From Chloroflexota bacterium (lineage in GTDB: Bacteria; Chloroflexota; UBA11872; VXOZ01), in the NCBI GenBank assembly GCA_965221905.1, contig OZ244922.1, forward strand, positions 2,784,001 through 2,848,000: a stretch of DNA of 64,000 bases, in the 5' to 3' direction. Each line of letters starts with the position of its first letter. The stretch's first letter is position 1. Of the stretch, positions 9,310 through 18,636 are shown in pieces. The translations under genes were made by a program, and so were the position numbers. Below the pieces are notes generated by a model that did not search any database, had not been told where the DNA came from, and saw only the letters and a program-made list of their open reading frames with translations.

Positions 9310-10122
9310 TCAGCCTCCATACGCGCCGTAGCGGCGCACCCCGGCGGCGAACACCCACTGCATGAGCAGGTACGCCAGCACCAACCACATGCCCTGTATA
9401 GCGAGTCCGCCGAGCGCAGACAGAAAGTCAAGCCGACCCTGGAGCAACTGCACCGGGAAGAAGTAGAGGTAGCGAAACGGCAGGAAGAACGTCACGCGCT
9501 CCACTGCCGCCGGCATCAAGTCCAAAGGGATGATGTTCCCGGCCAAAAAAACAATGACTATGGTATACACTTGGGCAATTCCATCCACGCGACCTATCCA
9601 AAACGCCAAAAGGCCCATGGCCAGCTTGAGGCAGTAGCTTAGCAAGAATGAGAGCACCATGCTTGCCAGCAGGATGGGCGCAGTCTCCCACGTGAGCGCG
9701 AATGCATCCAGCAGGCCCCACCCAAGAATGAGGACAATCAATAGAGTGAGCGGAATGAGAAAAAAGAGCCGGACGCCCCTTCCAGCGACTTCACCTGCGA
9801 GCAGCCACAGTTGGAACGGAAACGGCCGCACAAGGTGCAGAGAGATTGTGCCATTTCGAATTAGGTAGCTCGAGTACCCCTCTGGATACGGCGTCAGAAT
9901 CGTGTTCAGGACCAAGAACATGACGTAGTAGTGCACCATGTCCTCGACCGCATACTCTCCAATCCGATCTACGGTGCGGTACGCCGCCAGCCAGAACGCA
10001 ATCATCACGAGCGGTATAACGGCGTCGTTGATAAACCACACAAAGCCTTCGGCGCGATACGTGAGGGCATCTTGCCATGAAAAGAGAAGAGCCGCGCGTA
10101 GTTTACGAAACAGTTTCAGCAT
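9310..10122 (-). CDS. ABC-2 family exporter permease
   Basis: Hydrophobic; IRNGTISLHLVRP, G.IIPLD..P, LPFRY..FFP motifs; ATG at 10122 preferred. Confidence 0.8.
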   Translation of the reverse strand: MLKLFRKLRAALLFSWQDALTYRAEGFVWFINDAVIPLVMIAFWLAAYRTVDRIGEYAVEDMVHYYVMFLVLNTILTPYPEGYSSYLIRNGTISLHLVRPFPFQLWLLAGEVAGRGVRLFFLIPLTLLIVLILGWGLLDAFALTWETAPILLASMVLSFLLSYCLKLAMGLLAFWIGRVDGIAQVYTIVIVFLAGNIIPLDLMPAAVERVTFFLPFRYLYFFPVQLLQGRLDFLSALGGLAIQGMWLVLAYLLMQWVFAAGVRRYGAYGG

Positions 10123-11104
10123 GCGCGGGCCGCCCACCGGAGAAGAACTGACGGATTACCTCGTCAACCTCGGGCTCGACGATGTTCAGGTCCAACACCG
10201 GATAGTCTTGCAGCAGTTGGGCGGAAACCTGCGGCACGGAAGCGCGGGCGATGCGCAGAGTGCTGGTGCGGGGCCGGTAGGCAACCACGGCGCCAAAGGT
10301 TGCCAACGCGGATTCCGCAACCGGCGTTGCGAATGTTGCGGTTAAGAGCTTATAGTCCGCGTAGCGGCGCACGACCGTTTCCAGATCGCCATCGAAGACG
10401 AGGTGGCCGTGGTCGATGATGAGCACACGTTCGCAGAGCGCCTCCACGTCCCGCATGTAGTGGCTCGTGAGAATGACAGTCGCGCCGTAGCGCGCATTGT
10501 ACTCGCGCACAAAATTGCGGATGTTCTGCTGCATCACCACGTCGAGTCCAATGGTCGGTTCGTCCAGGAAGAGCACCTGCGGCCGGTGCAGCAAAGCGGC
10601 CAGCAACTCGCACTTCATGCGCTCACCGAGGGAGAGCTTGCGCGCCTGCACGTTTATCACCTGCTCGAGCTCCAGTAACTGCACTAGTTCATCGAGCGTC
10701 GCCCGAAACTGCGCGTCCGGCACCTCGTAGATTTCTTTGTTGATAAGAAAGGTCTCCATGGGCGGCAAGTCCCACCAAAGTTGGTGCTTCTGCCCCATTA
10801 CCAAGGCAAAGCGCCGCTGAAACGCAGCCTGGCGCTGCCATGGCGTGTGCCCTAGCACTGAAACCTCACCTCCCGTGGGATAGAGCAGACCGGAGAGCAC
10901 TTTGAGAGTCGTGGTCTTGCCGGCGCCGTTGGGCCCCAGAAAGCCGACCAATTCGCCGCTCTCGATGGAGAACGAGATGTCGTCTACCGCCTTTACCGGA
11001 TAGGTCTTGCGCCGCACGAACGACTTGAGCGAGCCCACCAGACCCGGCTCTTTCTGATGGACGTCATAGAATTTGGAGAGATTCTGCACAGAGATTGCGC
11101 TCAT
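10103..11104 (-). CDS. ABC exporter ATP-binding protein
   Basis: Walker A GPNGAGKT, signature LSLGE, Walker B LFLDEPT, H-loop SH. Confidence 0.92.
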   Translation of the reverse strand: MSAISVQNLSKFYDVHQKEPGLVGSLKSFVRRKTYPVKAVDDISFSIESGELVGFLGPNGAGKTTTLKVLSGLLYPTGGEVSVLGHTPWQRQAAFQRRFALVMGQKHQLWWDLPPMETFLINKEIYEVPDAQFRATLDELVQLLELEQVINVQARKLSLGERMKCELLAALLHRPQVLFLDEPTIGLDVVMQQNIRNFVREYNARYGATVILTSHYMRDVEALCERVLIIDHGHLVFDGDLETVVRRYADYKLLTATFATPVAESALATFGAVVAYRPRTSTLRIARASVPQVSAQLLQDYPVLDLNIVEPEVDEVIRQFFSGGRPAHAETVS

Positions 11105-11427
11105 GATGGTCTTGATTCTAACTCCGACTACAGTGGGTTGAACGGCTTGTTCTCGGCGAAGCTTACAGCCCGGCCATCGTCGTCTTCACTGGGGCCACAC
11201 CGGCGCAGACAACGCACTATCTGCATGAATTGCCGCTGCATTCCTCCCGGGCAGACCCGCATGTGCTATTCTAACACGTACCCTTAGCGCCTCTGGCAGA
11301 GGGCCATTTGTGCGGAGGAAGCTGCGCTAAGTCCCTGTCGAAGTCCGAACTATCTGCATATGGTCAAACCGACAGAACCGTGGTGTGCATCACGCCCCGT
11401 CAGAAAGTGCATGCGAGTGATTGCCCT

Positions 11428-12060
11428 ATGGATACGAAACCACAATTAGAATCCCCAGAAGCCACGCCACCAATCGTCAACATCATAGGCGAGAAGGTCG
11501 CGCTAGGTCCGTTGCGCAAAGACCTGATCCACACCTATACGCGCTGGTACAACGACTTCAACACTCTACGCACGCTGGGCGCGATGCCTGTGCCGCTTAC
11601 CGTGGGGCAAGAAGAAAAGTGGTACGAGCGCGTGGTCGCGGGCGGCGGGAACGAAGTAGCCTTTACCGTGTACGAGCAAAGCACCATGCGACCCATCGGC
11701 AATAGCGGTCTCAGCGATATTGACTATCGCAACCGCACGGCCGAGTTCGGGATCACGATTGGCGAACCGGACGCCCGCGGCAAGGGATACGGCACGGAAA
11801 TCGCGCAACTGATGCTCGGCTATGCGTTCACGGCACTCGGCTTACAAAACGTGAAGCTAACCGTCCACGAATACAACCTTGCCGGTATCCGTGCCTACAC
11901 GAAAGCCGGATTCAAGCAATATGGGCGCCGCCGAGAGAAGATTCTAATGGGCGGCAGGCACTGGGACGAGATTCACATGGAGTGCCTGGCTACAGAATGG
12001 GGCCCCAGCCCGGTGCTGGCCGAGATATTCAAGCCCGACGAACCGCGTACGTCACCCTAG
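11428..12060 (+). CDS. GNAT N-acetyltransferase (RimJ/RimL-like), copy 1
   Basis: RGKGYG acetyl-CoA motif, N.AGIRAY.KAGF; ATG 11428 gives 210 aa, matching its paralogues. Confidence 0.88.
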   Translation: MDTKPQLESPEATPPIVNIIGEKVALGPLRKDLIHTYTRWYNDFNTLRTLGAMPVPLTVGQEEKWYERVVAGGGNEVAFTVYEQSTMRPIGNSGLSDIDYRNRTAEFGITIGEPDARGKGYGTEIAQLMLGYAFTALGLQNVKLTVHEYNLAGIRAYTKAGFKQYGRRREKILMGGRHWDEIHMECLATEWGPSPVLAEIFKPDEPRTSP

Positions 12061-12069
12061 CCGTGGCAG

Positions 12070-12232
12070 CCGTTCGCCCTCTAACCCTTACCGTTCGCCC
12101 GCGACACCGTACCGTTCGCCCTGAGCCTGTCGAAGGGTGAGCTATGTCAGCATCAAGACCTAAGGCCGTTCGCGGCCGTTCGTACTACGATCCTTCGGCA
12201 AGCTCAGGACAGGCAAGGCTCAGCACGAACGG
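12070..12232. repeat. REP family A doublet with truncated arms and a nested mini-REP
   Basis: CCGTTCGCCC x2, then CCGTTCGCCCTGAGCCTGTCGAAGGG ... CTACGA[TCCTTCGGCAAGCTCAGGACAGG]CAAGGCTCAGCACGAACGG. Confidence 0.8.
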
Positions 12233-12307
12233 TATTATCACCGTCTTACCGAGTAAACTGGGGTGTGCAATGCATCCGCTTAAAACATTCACGCAGGTAG
12301 GTCTCAA

Positions 12308-12940
12308 ATGAACACGAAACAACCAACAGACTCACCCGAAGCAACGTCTCCGCTGTTCAACATTGTGGGCGAGAAAGTCGCGCTAGGTCCGCTGCGCAAA
12401 GACCTGGTCCCTCTATACGCGCGTTGGTTCAATGACTTTCGCACCTTGCGGATGTTGGGCCCCATGCCCCGGCCGCTTACCTTGGAACAAGAAGAGCAGT
12501 GGTACAAGCGCGCAATCACTCGCGGCGACGCAGTAATTGCATTTACGATTTATGAAAAGGCCACGAGACGCCCCATCGGCAATACCGGTCTCCATGACAT
12601 TGACCATCGCAACCGCACTGCATTATTCGGCATCACAATCGGTGAACCGGACGCACGCGGCAAGGGCTACGGCACGGAAGCAACGCAACTCATGCTCGAC
12701 TTTGCATTCACAGTGCAAGGTCTGCATAACGTGATGCTATTCGTCCACGAATACAACCTCGCCGGCATTCGCACATACACGAAAGCCGGCTTCAAAGAAT
12801 TCGGCCGCCGACGCGAGTGCCACTTCATGGGTGGCAAACGTTGGGACTTGATCCACATGGAGTGCCTGGCTACAGAGTGGGGCCCAAGCCCCGTGCTGGC
12901 CGATATCTTCAAGCCGGACAAACCGCGAACGTCACCCTAG
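12308..12940 (+). CDS. GNAT N-acetyltransferase (RimJ/RimL-like), copy 2
   Basis: Same motifs; close paralogue of copies 1 and 3. Confidence 0.9.
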   Translation: MNTKQPTDSPEATSPLFNIVGEKVALGPLRKDLVPLYARWFNDFRTLRMLGPMPRPLTLEQEEQWYKRAITRGDAVIAFTIYEKATRRPIGNTGLHDIDHRNRTALFGITIGEPDARGKGYGTEATQLMLDFAFTVQGLHNVMLFVHEYNLAGIRTYTKAGFKEFGRRRECHFMGGKRWDLIHMECLATEWGPSPVLADIFKPDKPRTSP

Positions 12941-13133
12941 CAGTGGCAGAATTCGGCCCACGTTACGTGAATCAGGATAGGCCAAATGAAGGCTGGATGC
13001 CTCTATTCATGTTTCGACCCATCGACAGGTTCAGGTTAGGCGAGCTCAGCACGAACGGTATAAATAAGGTCTCACGGAGAAAACTAGGGCGTGAAATCCA
13101 ACCGGTCAGAAAGAACACGCAGGTAGATCACTA

Positions 13134-13763
13134 ATGAGCACGAGTCAAGAAGCAGGTACATCTAAAGCAGCGCCACTCGTCAACATCGTGGGAGAAAAGG
13201 TCGCTTTGGGTCCGTTGCGCAAAGACCTGGTCCCCACCTACGTGCGCTGGATTAACGACTCCCATACACTGCGGACGCTGCTCAAGATGCCCATGCCACT
13301 TACCTTGGAGGAAGAGCAACAGTGGTACGAGCGCGCGAGCACACGAGGCGAGCCCGATACGATGTTTACGATTTTCGAGCGGAGCACGGAGCGTCCTGTC
13401 GGCAACACCGATCTGCACAAGATTGACTATCGCAACCGCACTGCCGGGTTCGGCATCATGATTGGTGAAGCAGACGCACGCGGTAAAGGATTCGGCACCG
13501 AAGCGGCGCAACTGATGCTCGACTATGCGTTCATCGCGCTAGGCTTGCACAACGTGATGCTGCGGGTCTTCGCATATAACCTCGCCGGCATCCGCGCTTA
13601 CACCAAAGCCGGATTCAAAGAGTTTGGCCGCCGCCGCGAATGCCACTTCATGGGCGGGAAGTACTGGGACGTGATCTACATGGAATGCCTTGCTACAGAG
13701 TGGGGCCCAAGCCCGGTGCTGGCCGATATCTTCAAACCGGACGAGCCGCGCCCGTCTCTCTAG
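13134..13763 (+). CDS. GNAT N-acetyltransferase (RimJ/RimL-like), copy 3
   Basis: Same motifs; shared C-terminus MECLATEWGPSPVLA(D/E)IFKPD. Confidence 0.9.
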   Translation: MSTSQEAGTSKAAPLVNIVGEKVALGPLRKDLVPTYVRWINDSHTLRTLLKMPMPLTLEEEQQWYERASTRGEPDTMFTIFERSTERPVGNTDLHKIDYRNRTAGFGIMIGEADARGKGFGTEAAQLMLDYAFIALGLHNVMLRVFAYNLAGIRAYTKAGFKEFGRRRECHFMGGKYWDVIYMECLATEWGPSPVLADIFKPDEPRPSL

Positions 13764-13772
13764 TCGTGGCAG

Positions 13773-13933
13773 CCGTCCGCCCTGAGCCCTTCCCACTCGC
13801 CCGCGACACCTTACCGTTCGCCCTGAGCCCGTCGAAGGGGGAACCATGCAAGCATCAAGACCCCAGCACCCGTAGGCCGTTCATACTTCGATCCTTCGGC
13901 AAGCTCAGGACAGGCAAAGCTCAGCACGAACGG
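13773..13933. repeat. REP family A doublet, paralogous to 12070..12232
   Basis: CCGTTCGCCCTGAGCCCGTCGAAGGG ... AGCATCAAGACC ... CTTCGATCCTTCGGCAAGCTCAGGACAGGCAAAGCTCAGCACGAACGG. Confidence 0.8.
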
Positions 13934-13975
13934 TCTACGGGTACTCTCCGGGAGAATTGAGTTTGCAAGATGCCG

Positions 13976-14761
13976 TCAATCCATACCCAGACGCTTTTCC
14001 AAGAACTCGCGATTATACACTGCCGAGGCATGCGCGTCGTCGCCGGTGGCGGTTTCCAGCACCAGCCAGCCGTCGTAGCCTATCGCTTCGATAGCCGCAA
14101 AGATAGCGTCCCAATCCAGCGGCCCGGCGCCCATGAGCGGGATGCTGTCCGGCTCCTTGGTATGAATCTGGCTGACGAGCCCGTCAAGCGCCCGGAGATC
14201 AGCGGCCGGATCGAACCCTTGCGTATGCGCGTTACCGACGTCGAAGTAGACGCCGAATTGCGGGGAATCAACGGCTGCGACCAAGCGGCGGAAACGCTCC
14301 ACCGACTGTGGATGAGTGCGGCCCACACTCTCCGGGGCCATCACGACGCCCGCCTGTTCTGCCGCGGGCATGATCTCACTGAAGCCATCCACCCAGCGGG
14401 CAAAGGACTCCTCGTAGGGTTGCTCCGGCGGCGCATCCATGGCGCAGAGGATCAGCCGGCCATCAAGTTCCGCAGCAGCCGCAATCGTGTCTGTAGCCAC
14501 GCGAATGCCCTGGGTACGCGCCGCGTCATCACCAGTGAGCATCAGTCCCAGATTGCCGACGCACAACGAACAGACCGCCACGCCCGTCTCCGCCGACTGG
14601 CGCTTGAGCAACTCCCATCCGGCCTTCTCCGCCAGCACATTTCCGTCTGGGTCGCGCGCACTGATGGAGAACTCAACACCTTCAAACCCCAACGAAGCCG
14701 CCAGCGGCAGGGCATCCTCAGGGTCGCCTCCGATTGAGCCGGTACGTGTGCCAATTCTCAT
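13976..14761 (-). CDS. Sugar phosphate isomerase/epimerase (xylose isomerase-like TIM barrel)
   Basis: GFEGVE, APE, FDVGN, IHTKE, G.LDW, GYDGWLVLE. Confidence 0.85.
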   Translation of the reverse strand: MRIGTRTGSIGGDPEDALPLAASLGFEGVEFSISARDPDGNVLAEKAGWELLKRQSAETGVAVCSLCVGNLGLMLTGDDAARTQGIRVATDTIAAAAELDGRLILCAMDAPPEQPYEESFARWVDGFSEIMPAAEQAGVVMAPESVGRTHPQSVERFRRLVAAVDSPQFGVYFDVGNAHTQGFDPAADLRALDGLVSQIHTKEPDSIPLMGAGPLDWDAIFAAIEAIGYDGWLVLETATGDDAHASAVYNREFLEKRLGMD

Positions 14762-15795
14762 TGTGGCACCACTTCCAGGTCATCGGTGATCCGTACTTCA
14801 CGCCGCAGTTCCGCCGACTTCTGACCGGCATAGGTGAAGGCGAACGAGCGCAGCGCGTCGTCGTAGGGTGACAGAATGCCGTCCTGTGTGTTGTTCGCCA
14901 CCGCTGCTACAAATGCCTGATTCATCGAGAGGTTACAGTCTTGATCGGACGTGATGGTTTCCGCCTCTTGGCCGGAGCGCAAGACCGTCGTGCTGTTAAA
15001 TCCCGCCGTCACGGTGAGGTCTTTGGCGAGAATGTGGAGAACGTTGGTGACGTTGGGCGGCACGCCGGCATGTGCCGCCGGAGAGTTGCCAATCATGCCC
15101 ACCGCGCGATTCTTGAAACGCACGGTCATCGCATTCACATCAAGGATGTTGAGGTCCGGCACATCATTAAGCAAAACGGTGTCGCCGGCGGCGTAGATGG
15201 TATCCGGCTCACCCACGAAGTAGCGCACCAGGTCTATGCTATGTGTATGCTGCTCAATCAGCATGCCCCCAGACTGCTCCTGCACCCGCCACCACGGCGT
15301 GCCCGGCAAGCCGCCCCAGCGCACGGCAATGACCATCCCGATCGGCACACCTTCCAGCAAAGCACGCGTTTGCCCGACGGATGGCGCATACCGCATCTGA
15401 TATCCGACAGCATTTACAATTCCCGTCTCGGCAATGTGGGCCGAGATCTCTTTTGCCACGGAAAGCTCGATTGCGATAGGCTTCTCGATCATCACTGCCT
15501 TGCCCGCCGCAATCACGTCGTGGTCAATCTGGCCGTGCGCAAAGGTGGGCAGCGAGATGTAGACCGCATCCATCTCCACCGCATCCAGCATCGCCCGATG
15601 GTCGGTAAAGATACCGGGTTGGATTGGATTTCTGCCGGAAGGCATGACGCCGTTGAGGGTCTCGACTGCCGCCGTGCAGCGCGACTCATCAATATCGCAA
15701 AACGCCACTAGCTCGCATTCGGGAATCTTAATCAGGTCCCGCATCTCATGCACGGAACGTCCGCCAACCCCAATGAACCCAATTCTAACTGTCAC
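14758..15795 (-). CDS. Gfo/Idh/MocA family oxidoreductase
   Basis: IGFIGVG Rossmann motif, EKP, GGMLIEQ.TH.ID; ATGA overlap with the downstream gene. Confidence 0.88.
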   Translation of the reverse strand: MTVRIGFIGVGGRSVHEMRDLIKIPECELVAFCDIDESRCTAAVETLNGVMPSGRNPIQPGIFTDHRAMLDAVEMDAVYISLPTFAHGQIDHDVIAAGKAVMIEKPIAIELSVAKEISAHIAETGIVNAVGYQMRYAPSVGQTRALLEGVPIGMVIAVRWGGLPGTPWWRVQEQSGGMLIEQHTHSIDLVRYFVGEPDTIYAAGDTVLLNDVPDLNILDVNAMTVRFKNRAVGMIGNSPAAHAGVPPNVTNVLHILAKDLTVTAGFNSTTVLRSGQEAETITSDQDCNLSMNQAFVAAVANNTQDGILSPYDDALRSFAFTYAGQKSAELRREVRITDDLEVVPQ

Positions 15796-16053
15796 GATTC
15801 ATTACTCCCTTCGTCACTGCGCTCGCCACACTAGTACCGAGGCACCGACACTCCCCGCGCCGGCCGCTTATCTGCCTATTGTACGTGGCACCGGAAGAAA
15901 CACAAAATTGCCGCCTCACTCGAATTCAATCTGCACACTCCTCTTCACGTACGGGAACAACTGCCGGCGCTAAAATCAAGGCATTTTTTGTCTCGGAGAA
16001 TTCGGCAGACTATACTGAACAGTGAACGCACCTCTTCCTCAGGAGAACGCCCC

Positions 16054-16989
16054 ATGCAATTCACCGGCATCTACCCGCCGCTGGCAACACCATTTGTCAA
16101 CCAGGAACTCGCAGTCACGCACCTTGCGGAAAATGTCAGGAAACTCGCGTCATCGGGGCTTACCGGCTTTGTCGCGCTTGGTTCCAACGGAGAACTACCG
16201 GCGCTCACCGAAGTGGAAAAGCTGCAAGTAGTAGAAACGGTGGTTGCAAACGCCCCTGCGGACGCGCAGGTGATCGTGGGCGTAGGCTACGAATCGACGA
16301 GACAGGCGCTCGCCTTCATCGCGCAAGCCGCCGCACGCGGCGCGCAGGCTGCGCTCGTCCTGCCCCCTTCCTACTATAAGTCCGCGCTCACCCCCGATGT
16401 CCTCCGCGACTTCTACACTGCGCTGGCAGATGATGCCGCACTACCGCTTCTGATCTATAACATGCCCGCCTACACCGGCATCAACTTGGGACCGGAGGTA
16501 GTCGTACCGTTGGCGCAACACCCGCGCATCAGGGGCCTGAAAGATAGCTCCGGTAACATTGTGCAGATCACCGAAGTAATCCGGCAGACGCAAGACTTGG
16601 ACTTTGCGGTCCTGGCGGGCTCGGCGAGTTTCCTATTTACCGCCCTGTGCGTGGGAGCGGCGGGCGGAGTGGCGGCGCTGGCCAACCTGGCGCCACGAGA
16701 GTGTGTGCAACTTTACGATCTCTTCCAACGCGGCGCTATCGACGAGGCGCGCAGACTGCAATACCGGCTCATGGCGCCCAACGCCGCAGTCACCAATCGC
16801 TTTGGCGTTGCCGGCCTCAAAGCAGCCATGACGCTCTGCGGCTACGCAGGCGGTGAGCCCCGCCACCCACTTGTTCCTCTGTCGTCACACCTGCATGAAA
16901 CGGTGCGCGAAATCCTCGCCGATGCACAGCTCCTTCCCGCGGGCGTGAGCCGGCCTGCAATCGCTGCCCGTGCGTCTGCCGAATCTTAA
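16054..16989 (+). CDS. DHDPS/NAL-family aldolase (4-hydroxy-2-oxoglutarate aldolase-like)
   Basis: TPF, GSNGE, YNMP, GLKDSSG Schiff-base Lys; RBS AGGAG before ATG 16054. Confidence 0.85.
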   Translation: MQFTGIYPPLATPFVNQELAVTHLAENVRKLASSGLTGFVALGSNGELPALTEVEKLQVVETVVANAPADAQVIVGVGYESTRQALAFIAQAAARGAQAALVLPPSYYKSALTPDVLRDFYTALADDAALPLLIYNMPAYTGINLGPEVVVPLAQHPRIRGLKDSSGNIVQITEVIRQTQDLDFAVLAGSASFLFTALCVGAAGGVAALANLAPRECVQLYDLFQRGAIDEARRLQYRLMAPNAAVTNRFGVAGLKAAMTLCGYAGGEPRHPLVPLSSHLHETVREILADAQLLPAGVSRPAIAARASAES

Positions 16990-17150
16990 GCAAACCGTTC
17001 CCTCTTGAACAGAACTGCCACTTCGCCGCTTCAATAGCGCTCGGTTCGCTTTCTGCGTAACCGGGTGACTATGACACTACCGCTTCTCTTGATTCAGAAG
17101 CGGTCGCAACGCAAACAAACGGATTTTTGCTATTTTACGCTTTAGAATAC

Positions 17151-17180
17151 TTGACTAATTTCCGCGAAGGGTTTTATAAT
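17151..17180 (+). promoter_or_regulatory. Sigma70-type promoter of the PspC-domain gene
   Basis: TTGACT-18 bp-TATAAT, 43 nt upstream of the ATG; RBS GGAGG. Confidence 0.6.
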
Positions 17181-17223
17181 CCTAAAGAGTATGTTTAGAC
17201 TTCACCGATTGGAGGGGTGAGAG

Positions 17224-18375
17224 ATGGCAGAGAACGTAGAAACCGCCGTGCGTCGCCTCATGCGAAGCCGAACAGACCGCACGTGTGCCGGAGTCTGTGG
17301 AGGCTTAGCGGAGTATATCGACTGGGACCCAACTATCGTTCGTCTGCTCTGGATACTTGCGCTCTTTCTCTCCGGTGGCATGGCGCTATTCGCTTACCTT
17401 GTCTTCTGGATCGTCATGCCTGAGGCGCCGGCATATTCTCGTGCGGACGCTGGCTTTGCGCACGCCAGACGCCTCACCCGTAGCCGCGACGAGCGCATGA
17501 TTTCGGGAGTTTGCGGCGGACTTGCTGAGTATCTTGGCATGGATACTACCCTCATGCGCGTGCTCTGGGTAGTTGCTACCTTCATAAGCGGCGGGGTAAC
17601 GCTCATAGCCTACCCCATCTTCTGGCTGGTGATGCCTGAAAGCGGTCGATACACGTCCGCCGCCGACGATACCTTCAAGAACGTGGCTGAGCGCGTAGAC
17701 CCAATGGTGGAGCGGATTGGCGACCGGGTGCGAGAGACGTTTAGCAGAGAGCCGCGCCCTACCGATCCTGCCGCCGCCAAGCGCGCCCAAGAACAGGAAT
17801 TGGAAAACGAGATTCTCGGCATCAGCGAGGAAGACCTGCAGGGAAAGAGTCCTCAAGAGGCGGCAGCGCCCAAGGTAAAGCCGAAGCACCGCTGGTTGCC
17901 TATTCTCGGCGTGGGTCTCCTTACTCTCGGCCTCATAATTCTTGCGGATACTGCGGACTGGCTCTGGTTCTCTCCTGAGTCGCTAGTCATCCTCGTGATT
18001 GGCGCGCTCTTGCTCTTCTATCGCAGTGATGATACACCGAGACCGGCCTGGCGTACCTGGGTCGGCGGCGGATTGATCCTACTGAGCATCCTAACCCTGG
18101 CGGACAGTCTAGGCCTATTCTGGGTTTCTGAAGGCATTGTCGGCTCCCTCTTCATAATGGGGATCGGCCTAGCGATGCTCCTTCAAAGAAATCGTGTGAT
18201 ACCGCGGCCGGCATGGCGCACCTGGATCGGCGGAGGGATGGTCGCGCTCGGCGGGCTCCTGCTCATCGATACCTTCCTGCCCTCGTTTGTATCCGATCTC
18301 ACCTGGCCGTTCGCCCTGATCGGTGCCGGCGCGCTGCTGCTGTGGCAGTGGAGCCGCCGCAAAGCAACAGGCTAA
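17224..18375 (+). CDS. PspC-domain membrane protein (two PspC domains plus C-terminal TM hairpins)
   Basis: RL.RSR.(D/E)R...GVCGGLAEY...D.T..R.LW occurs twice; repeated RPAWRTW.GGG TM units. Confidence 0.85.
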   Translation: MAENVETAVRRLMRSRTDRTCAGVCGGLAEYIDWDPTIVRLLWILALFLSGGMALFAYLVFWIVMPEAPAYSRADAGFAHARRLTRSRDERMISGVCGGLAEYLGMDTTLMRVLWVVATFISGGVTLIAYPIFWLVMPESGRYTSAADDTFKNVAERVDPMVERIGDRVRETFSREPRPTDPAAAKRAQEQELENEILGISEEDLQGKSPQEAAAPKVKPKHRWLPILGVGLLTLGLIILADTADWLWFSPESLVILVIGALLLFYRSDDTPRPAWRTWVGGGLILLSILTLADSLGLFWVSEGIVGSLFIMGIGLAMLLQRNRVIPRPAWRTWIGGGMVALGGLLLIDTFLPSFVSDLTWPFALIGAGALLLWQWSRRKATG

Positions 18376-18636
18376 GATCGGAGTCATCGAAGACTCTCTC
18401 GGACGAGTAGAAAGAGGTGTGCGCTTGCCCAGCGCACACCTCTTGTCATTCCTTGCCTACACGTGTGGGCAAAAGCGGTCTTGGACTTTGCAAACAGCCG
18501 CGCACGGAGAGAATTAACAAATGCCAGCAAATCGCATCAAAAACCTCCCCGCATCTACTCCACTCTAGCAAAGAGTGCAGGGCACGAGAAATACCATGCC
18601 GCCCTCTACATTCAGACTGCCGGCGCCATACTCACG

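Noticed and set aside
11428-13933. Integron cassette array (GNAT plus attC)
   Set aside because: Intergenic elements match the REP family found elsewhere in the window rather than RYYYAAC...GTTRRRY attC sites; no integrase; the genes are paralogues.
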